A DNA stretch of 64,000 nt from Cenarchaeum sp. (GTDB taxonomy: Archaea > Thermoproteota > Nitrososphaeria > Nitrososphaerales > Nitrosopumilaceae), in the NCBI GenBank assembly GCA_965242695.1, contig CBDESU010000001.1:448001-512000 (forward strand). Reading direction: 5' to 3'. How positions within the stretch are numbered: the stretch's first letter is position 1; the number at the start of each line of letters is the position of its first letter. The position numbers and the translations under genes are program-made. Of the stretch, positions 57,063-64,000 are shown one piece after another. The notes under the pieces are model-generated. The model was given only the letters and a program-made list of their open reading frames with translations, ran no database searches and was not told the origin of the DNA.

Positions 57063-57963
57063 ACCGGCGGCGCGCCGCCTTGCCGCCCACCTCGGGGCGC
57101 CGCCGCAGCCGCCCGTGGCAGACGGCGATCCAGCCCGCCGAGTCGCTCGGGAACAGCCGGTTGCGCCGCGTCCTCATACGCTCCATCTCGGCCGGCCCCA
57201 CGGTGGCGATCCCCCCGGCGCGGAGGTCGCTGTACTCCTCCCCCGCGCGGCGCGCGGGCACTCCGGCGACAAGCGCCGCCGCCTCGGCATCAGAGTACCT
57301 CGACAGCCCGCCGATGCCCGCGCCCTCGGCGAATATGCCGAATACGGCGCCCGCTATGCGGTTCTCCTCTGGCTCGATCGAGGCGGCATCGCGCAGGTAC
57401 TCGAGTATTGCGCGGCTCGGCTCCCCGCCGGCGCCCCCCGCCCTGAAGGGGGCCAGCAGGCTTCTCAGCGTCGGCTTGCGCAGGTAGTACGAGACGCCCT
57501 CGGCCACGACGAGCGTCGGCATGTCTGCCCTCCACCCCCTCCGCTCCAGGGCCGATGCGATGCGCCGCGGCCCCGCCTCTTCCAGGTCGGCCGTGACGTG
57601 CCGCACGCATCCGGCCGCCGCGGCGCTCGCCTCCTCCATCAGGCGGCGCTTGCGGCGCGCGCCGGCCGAGTCGATCTCGTACGAGGCGACCGAATAGCCC
57701 GTGAGGGCGGCGATCTCGACGGAGAGGGGATCCAGGCCCGCGCCGAGTATTACGACCTGCCTCGCGCGGCCGCCGCGGAGGCACCGCATGGCGAGCCTCT
57801 TGATGCACGCCTTGCGGTTTCGCACGACCTCGCCGTAGTGCGGCCACACCCGCTCGCACCTGTCCGCGATCCGCCCGCCTGCGCCCCGAAGGCCGGCGCC
57901 GAGCAGCTCCATGTACCGCGCGGCATCGCCGCTCTCGAGCGCCTCGCCGCGCGACCATATCAT
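57061..57963 (-). CDS. Class I SAM-dependent methyltransferase (leucine carboxyl methyltransferase-like)
   Basis: QVVILGAGLD, YEID, ADL, PTLVVAEGVSYYL motifs; start could be upstream (58119). Confidence 0.85.
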   Translation of the reverse strand: MIWSRGEALESGDAARYMELLGAGLRGAGGRIADRCERVWPHYGEVVRNRKACIKRLAMRCLRGGRARQVVILGAGLDPLSVEIAALTGYSVASYEIDSAGARRKRRLMEEASAAAAGCVRHVTADLEEAGPRRIASALERRGWRADMPTLVVAEGVSYYLRKPTLRSLLAPFRAGGAGGEPSRAILEYLRDAASIEPEENRIAGAVFGIFAEGAGIGGLSRYSDAEAAALVAGVPARRAGEEYSDLRAGGIATVGPAEMERMRTRRNRLFPSDSAGWIAVCHGRLRRRPEVGGKAARRR

Positions 57964-58267
57964 GACGGCCTCGGAGCCGGCGGCCCTGCTGCGCCCCCTC
58001 GGGCCGGCGGCCGCCGCGGCAGACGCCGCGGCAGGCGGGCGCGCGACGCGGCCGCCGGCCGCACTCCTCCCTTTGCCAGGTCCGGCCCTGCCGGCCTCTC
58101 CGGCGCCCCCCTGCGGCACGGCCTTTGGGCCGCGCCGCCGAATATCTGCCTTGGCGCCCCCTCCCCCTCCGGGCCGCGAGCCGGGGATTGCGCCCCGAGC
58201 GGGGCGGCGGCGCAGGGCGCACCGCGGGCGAAAATACGGGTGGAGAAAAGGCCGGTGCGCCTGCCGC

Positions 58268-58690
58268 CTAGTGGATCGGCCTCGGAAGCCTGCCTATGAC
58301 GGCCGCAAGCGATATCCGGCCGGGCCCCATCACGACGAAGACCAGGCAGGCGGCGAGCAGGACCAGGTCGAACTCGTAGCCGTTGTCGCCGGCGAGCGAT
58401 GCCGCCTCCTTTACGACGAAGATCGCCGCAAGCATGATGATCGCCAGCACGGACGCCGATATCCTGGACACGACGCCTACGATGAGGAGTATGCCCGGCA
58501 CGAGCTCGCCGGCCGCGATGATCATGGCGAACTCTGGCGATATGCCCATAGAGCCCATCCAACCGATGAACCCCTCGTTGCCGAACTTTCCATAGCCGTG
58601 TACTATGAAGATGACGCCGACCGCGGCGCGCAGCCCCATGAAGACAATGTCGGAGAGCTTGTGCTCCCTCAACTCTGCCGTTTCAAACAT
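58268..58690 (-). CDS. DoxX family membrane protein
   Basis: LRAAVGVIFIVHGYGKF, GEL..G, GYEFDLVL, GPGRISL; tttaat box upstream. Confidence 0.9.
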   Translation of the reverse strand: MFETAELREHKLSDIVFMGLRAAVGVIFIVHGYGKFGNEGFIGWMGSMGISPEFAMIIAAGELVPGILLIVGVVSRISASVLAIIMLAAIFVVKEAASLAGDNGYEFDLVLLAACLVFVVMGPGRISLAAVIGRLPRPIH

Positions 58691-58853
58691 TGGTGCGCCC
58701 ACAGGGGCCCGACTATTAAACCGTCCGCACGGCCGCGCCCGGCGCGGGCAGGGGCCGGCCGCGGGCCGGGCGGGGCCCGCGCCGCGGGCAGCGCGCACGC
58801 CCCGCCCGCCTGAGCCTCTCTGAAAAAGGAAAAGGGGTGCCGCTGGCGCGGCG

Positions 58854-59912
58854 CTACTGCGACTGCATGCGCTCGAGCCAGTCGTGCCCTGCGGGCTGCT
58901 GCGGTTGCGGCTGCTGCGCCTGGGCCTTGGACTCGGTGCGCGGCTCGGACTGCTGCGGCTGCGGCTCGGACTGCTGCGGCCCTGCCTCCCGCGCCGCGGG
59001 CGGCGCCGGGGGCGGGGCTGCAAACTGCACCGCCATGCCGGATGCGCCGACGGCCTCGGCCACCTGCTGCTGCTGGGCGGCAGGCGCCGGGGCGGCGGCG
59101 ATCTCGCTGGGCGGCTCGGGGAACTGCGCGCCGATGTCGGCTGCGGCCGGCGCCCCCGCGGGCGCGGCCGCCGCCTCGGCATGCGCGGCCGCCTCCGCCG
59201 GGCGCGGCGCCTGGATGGGCGCCTCCGGCAGGTTGGCCGCGGCCGTCACCGTGTGGTTGCCAAGGTACGTCTCGGCCGAGCTCTGCAGGCGGGCATCGTG
59301 CGCCTCGAGGACCTGCTTGACCTCCATGTTGAGGTCGGCGATCCTGCGCTGGACGTTCGATATCTCCGCGTTCTCGTGCGTGATGTGCTCTACAAGGCTC
59401 GACGTGTGCGCCCTGACGGACTCGAAGGCCGCCTCGGCGATCTCGTCGCTCTTGTACTGCACCTTTGCATCGAACACGATCATCTTGATCGAGCGCAGCT
59501 GCGAGTCGAGCTCCTCCACCCTGGCCGAGAGCGTCCTTGCGATCCCTGCCTCGATGCGGTCGAACCTCTCTAGCTGCTCGCGGTACTTGCCGTCGACGAT
59601 CGCCGCATCGTCGCGCATCTCGTCGTTCTCGGAGAGTATCTCCGAGAGCGCCTTGAGGCGCCGCAGCGTCAGCCCCTTGTCCCTCAGGAGCCTCTGAGAG
59701 TCGAGCCTCCACTTTGGGATGAAGATGACCACGCTGTCCTGGACGACAATCTGCTCGAACGGCACCTGCTGCAGCCCCTGCGAACTGCAGTCGACGCCGA
59801 CGGTCTGTATGGTCCCGTCGATGTCGGTGATGGTGCCGATGACCTTGCCCATGGGCGTGCCGTACATGTCCTTGACCGCCTTGCCGACGATCTGTGCGTC
59901 TTCATTCGTCAT
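58854..59912 (-). CDS. cdvA: Cell-division protein CdvA
   Basis: N-terminal PRC-barrel (VGKAVKDMYG..GKVIG), IPKWR, RRLKAL coiled coil, low-complexity linker, C-terminal WLERM. Confidence 0.85.
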   Translation of the reverse strand: MTNEDAQIVGKAVKDMYGTPMGKVIGTITDIDGTIQTVGVDCSSQGLQQVPFEQIVVQDSVVIFIPKWRLDSQRLLRDKGLTLRRLKALSEILSENDEMRDDAAIVDGKYREQLERFDRIEAGIARTLSARVEELDSQLRSIKMIVFDAKVQYKSDEIAEAAFESVRAHTSSLVEHITHENAEISNVQRRIADLNMEVKQVLEAHDARLQSSAETYLGNHTVTAAANLPEAPIQAPRPAEAAAHAEAAAAPAGAPAAADIGAQFPEPPSEIAAAPAPAAQQQQVAEAVGASGMAVQFAAPPPAPPAAREAGPQQSEPQPQQSEPRTESKAQAQQPQPQQPAGHDWLERMQSQ

Positions 59913-60219
59913 GCCCCCGTATCGGCGCCCCGCCATAACCGGCGCCTTGTCAGCTAGTCTTCCTCCTCGGGTCAGCTAAAGCTGACCTGCCGGGGAGGGC
60001 GGCGGGGGCGGCGGGCGCCCCCGCGGCCGCCCCCTGGCGGCAGGGGCCCGCCTAGGGGGGGAATGCCCCGTGCCGGCAGGATGCCCGCCCGGGGGCGGGA
60101 CGGCGCCCTCGGCGCCGGGGCCAGCCGCCGGCCTGCGCATCGCGGCGGCGGGGCGGCGCGCACCCACCGGCCGCCGTGCCACCGGCAATTCTTAAAACCC
60201 CGCCAGTGCGCGCCGGCGC

Positions 60220-60654
60220 ATGCTAGACCAGGGCGGCGCCGGGCAGATCATCGATGCGGTCGCGCGCCGCTGGGACGAGATCGCCGGGGATCCAGGCAAC
60301 AAGGCGTTCGCGTCGCTGCCGGGCCGGTTCTGGATGAACGCGGCAGGCGGCAGGGCCGGCGCCGGCAAGTGGGTCACGGTCCTCATGTACACCGAGAATG
60401 ATGCGGACGCCGAGGCGTTCCGGGCTGTCCTGCAGAGGTGGCAGGCGCGCGGGTCTGGCGGCGGCGATGCGGGACAGCGCGCCGCGGCGCCGGCCCCGGC
60501 GGCGCCGGACCTCATCCAGATCAGGAGGGGCGGAGGCGCCGCCGATGCGCCGCGCCCGGACGGCTCGGGGGACGGGGCGGCCGGTGCGGCGGATGGTTGT
60601 GGTCCCGGGGCCGCAACGGCGGCCGCCAAGACAGGTAACATGCCGGGGCGGTGA
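60220..60654 (+). CDS. Hypothetical protein
   Basis: cttaaaa box 28 nt upstream; GTGA overlap with the thyX start. Confidence 0.6.
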   Translation: MLDQGGAGQIIDAVARRWDEIAGDPGNKAFASLPGRFWMNAAGGRAGAGKWVTVLMYTENDADAEAFRAVLQRWQARGSGGGDAGQRAAAPAPAAPDLIQIRRGGGAADAPRPDGSGDGAAGAADGCGPGAATAAAKTGNMPGR

Positions 60655-62867
60655 GAAAGACGGCCGCTGAACCATCTGATGCAAAAGTAACTGGGGGCGA
60701 TTGGTTGCCACCCCTTATTGACAAATTTACAGACGACGAAAAACTCCGTCTAGACAACCACTTTTCAAATACGGACAAACCCGTATTTGTAATCACGACA
60801 AAATTGCAAGTCGACCGCGGCGCTCTGATGTCTAGATACAGCCGTAGCGGCAAGGGCATGCGTCGGATATATCTTGAGGAGTTTCTACAAGATCAAAAGA
60901 GGGGCGAGCGGTTCTACGAAAAAGTACTTGGTGAGTATGGAGATGATTCGGTCGCAGAACTTGGAACTACCCAAATCGCAGTTGAAGGCATATCAAACAT
61001 CGTTGCTAAAAAGATCGAAGATAGGAGAATTGGCCTGTCTTTCCTTGAAAAATCATCTAGATACGTCAAGTGGTCTGGTAAAATGAGCGGCCATTACATG
61101 TACTATCGTGGAAGCGACTTGATGGAATCTAGATTTGCTGACGACTATGCCGCGGCGTGCGACTTGGCATTCTCCACATATGCAGATAGCTTAGATGTAA
61201 TGATAGAGTACGTGCATGAGGTTCACCCGATCGAAGATTGTAGCTTCGCGGACTCTGCGACCGGCGCCGAGAATGTTCCCTACGACACCATGAAGGACGA
61301 GGAGTCGATCAAATCGGCCCATTCAGTGTATGAGTCCGCTACAAAGGCAAAAGCGTTGGACGTCCTGCGTGGGTTGCTCCCCGCCTCTGCACTGACCAAC
61401 GTTGGAATCACTGGCAATGGGAGGGCATTCGAATATCTGCTTGCCCACCTGCGCGCATCGCCGCTGTCTGAAGCACGATCTGTTTCTAGCATGATGAAAA
61501 CGGAGCTTGACTCGGTCGTCGGCCCGTTCGTTAGGAGGGCTGGCGACGACACAAAGTACGGCCGTGCACTGATCGACTACCTTGAGAGAACGGATGTTGT
61601 GCGTCGTGAGGCGTATGCGCTGTTAGGCTGTGCCCGTGCTGCCGCCCCTGCACCTACTGTAGACGGTCGTGGTGGTGGCGACAGTGACAAAGATGACTGC
61701 CGTCTATCACGTGCACATCTGGTTGAATGGGACAACCAAAAAGACGCACTAAATTGTATAGTGGCGGCCATGGCATGCGGTGGGCCTGACTCGGTTCGGT
61801 ATGCAGATGCACTCGCTGCCGCAAAGTCAACGCCGCACGAGGTCAAAGTTGGTATTGTCAAAAAGTGTGCCAACCTGCGTCAGAATCGCCGCCACCGCCC
61901 TCCCCGCGCGTTTGAAATGGCATCCTACACATTCGATATCGTCAGCAACTTTGGCATGTTTCGGGACCTGCACCGACATCGCATGCTCACTATGGAGCGA
62001 TCGTTGCTAACAACTGACTACGGCTACGAGGTGCCTCCCGAGGTGGATGGCGCCGACATTGGGCGCACATACAGAGAGTGCATGGAAGCGTCAGGGGCCG
62101 TCTTTGGGCGGATGCGCGACTCGATGCCACACGAGGCGCAGTATGTGGTCAACTTTGGGTACAACTACCCGTATATGATGCGCATGAACCTGCGTGAGGC
62201 CACGCACCTGATCGAGCTTAGGACGGTCCCGCAGGGCCACACGGACTATCGCGCCCTGCTCCAGTCCATGTACCGGCAGATATGCGGGAGGCACCCCGAT
62301 CTTGCCGTCATAATGAGGCACGTCGACATGAAGGAGTACGACCTGGCGCGGCTTGAGTCCGAGAAAAGGGTGGTGCGAAAGATGCGCGAGGCTGACGCGC
62401 CAGGGGCCGGCGGCCACGTGGGCGGGGGACGCATCCGGGCCGGCGACCCGGGCTCGCTCACGCCCGAAGAGTACCGCGTGTGCGTCGAGGGGGCGACGGA
62501 GCCGCCGTTCACGGGAAGGTACCACGACTGCACGGATGCTGGCACGTACAGGTGCGCCTGCTGCGGGGCGGCCCTGTTCGAGTCGGGCGCAAAGTTCGAC
62601 TCGGGGACGGGCTGGCCGAGCTTTTGGCGCCCCGCCTCGGACGCCTCGGTCGGCTCGTCGCCGGATGCGAGCCACGGCATGCTGCGCACCGAGGCGAGCT
62701 GCGCCAGGTGCGGCGCGCACCTCGGCCACGTGTTCGACGACGGGCCTGCGCCGACGGGGCTGCGGTACTGCATAAACTCGGCGTCGCTCAGGCTCGAGGC
62801 GGCGGCCCCGCCCGGCGGGGATCGCACGGAATCGGGAGCGGCGGAGCGGGCGGCGCGCCGGGACTGA
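60651..62867 (+). CDS. thyX: FAD-dependent thymidylate synthase (long ThyX) fused in frame to methionine-R-sulfoxide reductase MsrB
   Basis: ThyX: [35 protein letters not shown]. MsrB from about 62418: TEPPFTG, Cxx[22 protein letters not shown]. Confidence 0.9.
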   Translation: MRKTAAEPSDAKVTGGDWLPPLIDKFTDDEKLRLDNHFSNTDKPVFVITTKLQVDRGALMSRYSRSGKGMRRIYLEEFLQDQKRGERFYEKVLGEYGDDSVAELGTTQIAVEGISNIVAKKIEDRRIGLSFLEKSSRYVKWSGKMSGHYMYYRGSDLMESRFADDYAAACDLAFSTYADSLDVMIEYVHEVHPIEDCSFADSATGAENVPYDTMKDEESIKSAHSVYESATKAKALDVLRGLLPASALTNVGITGNGRAFEYLLAHLRASPLSEARSVSSMMKTELDSVVGPFVRRAGDDTKYGRALIDYLERTDVVRREAYALLGCARAAAPAPTVDGRGGGDSDKDDCRLSRAHLVEWDNQKDALNCIVAAMACGGPDSVRYADALAAAKSTPHEVKVGIVKKCANLRQNRRHRPPRAFEMASYTFDIVSNFGMFRDLHRHRMLTMERSLLTTDYGYEVPPEVDGADIGRTYRECMEASGAVFGRMRDSMPHEAQYVVNFGYNYPYMMRMNLREATHLIELRTVPQGHTDYRALLQSMYRQICGRHPDLAVIMRHVDMKEYDLARLESEKRVVRKMREADAPGAGGHVGGGRIRAGDPGSLTPEEYRVCVEGATEPPFTGRYHDCTDAGTYRCACCGAALFESGAKFDSGTGWPSFWRPASDASVGSSPDASHGMLRTEASCARCGAHLGHVFDDGPAPTGLRYCINSASLRLEAAAPPGGDRTESGAAERAARRD

Positions 62868-62974
62868 CGGCCGCGGCCCCTGCCGGCCGCCCGCGCTGCG
62901 GCGGGGCGCCCCGCCGGGGACTTCCCGAACGCCGCTTCTGGATGCTTATATGGCGGGCTGATTCGCAGCCCGCC

Positions 62975-63415
62975 ATGGCGGTGGCGGACCCAAAGCGGGC
63001 GGCAGGGGCCAGCGGCGGGGCGGATGCCGCCGCGCCGCGCGCGCGGCCGGCTCTGGCGGCGGCCCAAAAGCAGGCGCGCCCCGATTTTGGCCGTCCGTCG
63101 AGCCTACCCGCGCGCAGCCGCCCGCCTGCCGAGGGTCGGGTGACCAAGGGTTACGACGTCCTGGCGGATCTAGACCGGCTCATTGCAGGGGACGCCGACG
63201 ATGCATGCAGGGCGCGGCTCGGGGCGTGGCACAGGGAGCAGATCCGGGAGCATATTGAACAGATCGGGGAGCATAACAGGGCGCAGATCGGGGAGCATAA
63301 CAGGGCGCAGATCCATGAGCATATCCTGGAGCAGATCGACTACGACACCCACGTGGGCATCACTAGGGACTTGGTGCGCGCATACGCCCTCCCGCCGGTC
63401 CCCGAGCCGTCCTAG
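62975..63415 (+). CDS. Hypothetical protein with QIxEH repeats
   Basis: cttata box about 29 nt upstream; 21-24-bp repeats at about 63235-63335. Confidence 0.55.
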   Translation: MAVADPKRAAGASGGADAAAPRARPALAAAQKQARPDFGRPSSLPARSRPPAEGRVTKGYDVLADLDRLIAGDADDACRARLGAWHREQIREHIEQIGEHNRAQIGEHNRAQIHEHILEQIDYDTHVGITRDLVRAYALPPVPEPS

Positions 63416-63677
63416 CGCCGTCCCTCAAGGCCCACTGCTCGGCGCTCGTGTACGCTTGCATCCGTCGAGGTTTTTTGCACTGCCGTTTTTTCCATCCGTA
63501 CGACTAGGCCGCCTGCGCGTAGTCCCCGCGTTGCCGTACTCTTGTAACTAGGGTGGCGGGCCTGGGTGGACATCAAGTCTTGTGCGATGCTCTGTCCTTG
63601 CTCCGATTATGCCTCAGGGCGCCTCGTGGGGGACTCCCTGTCGAGCTGTTTCTGCCACCGTGTTGCATAACCAAGTG

Positions 63678-63712
63678 TTGACGCCTACGGCATAGTAGCA
63701 CGTAGGCGTCAA
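63678..63712. promoter_or_regulatory. Perfect 12-bp inverted repeat with 11-nt spacer
   Basis: ttgacgcctacg-N11-cgtaggcgtcaa; function unknown. Confidence 0.6.
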
Positions 63713-63770
63713 GATGGCCCTTATCCAACACGGCAGTTTCCGCCCGCACGCCATTCGCCGTCTGTGCGCA

Positions 63771-64000
63771 CTACCTGTAACCAAACGCCTTGTCGCGGGC
63801 CTCGTCGGCTTCCTTGCTCCTGCCTGCCTCGGCCAGCGCCTTGGCAAGATCAATCCACACCCTTGCATTCCCCGCGTCCAGCTCGGCGGCCCTCCTGTAC
63901 GCCGGCAGCGACTCCTCGACGCGGCCCGACTCGTAGAGCGCGCCGGCCAGGCCCAGGTGCGCCCTTGCATTCCCCGCGTCCAGCTCGGCGGCCCTCCTGT
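63771..64000 (-). CDS. 3' end of a TPR protein (5'-truncated by the window)
   Basis: Manual translation RRAAELDAGNARAHLGLAGALYESGRVEESLPAYRRAAELDAGNARVW...FGYR*; 102-bp DNA periodicity. Confidence 0.85.
   Translation of the reverse strand, partial: RRAAELDAGNARAHLGLAGALYESGRVEESLPAYRRAAELDAGNARVWIDLAKALAEAGRSKEADEARDKAFGYR

Noticed and set aside
63721-63729. DnaA-box-like ttatccaac
   Set aside because: Single imperfect match in an archaeal context.

Overview
Very GC-rich (about 70-75%) archaeal chromosomal window, most likely Nitrososphaerota (Thaumarchaeota, Nitrosopumilaceae-like). The assignment rests on cdvA, an archaeal Hjc-like resolvase, TrmI, a long ThyX, CFI-box-CTERM tails and TATA-like boxes about 27-30 nt upstream of start codons. 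The high GC and repeat proteins suggest a host-associated (e.g. sponge) lineage, which is inference only. The first half (1-32450) is a tandem array of surface proteins: the 3' end of one gene plus two complete paralogues of about 5,200 aa. Each paralogue has a signal peptide, a divergent aromatic/Cys-rich tip, about 28-29 Ig-like repeats, a domain ending in H-[LF]-[TS]-x-F (a GAIN/ZU5/Nup98-type autoproteolysis motif, present in all three genes), a beta-propeller and a CFI-box-CTERM/TM anchor. The second half is mostly housekeeping genes interrupted by accessory modules. These are two inverted copies of a convergent PIN-nuclease + YwgA/Panacea-like pair (each PIN copy with a different lesion), two copies of an 85-aa basic GRGT-repeat protein, two convergent Cys-rich microproteins, TPR proteins, a CorA with an extra N-terminal membrane domain and a GTN motif, and a ThyX-MsrB fusion whose 5' part is much lower in GC. 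No rRNA, tRNA, CRISPR array or transposase was recognised. All family calls are by eye; no searches were run.
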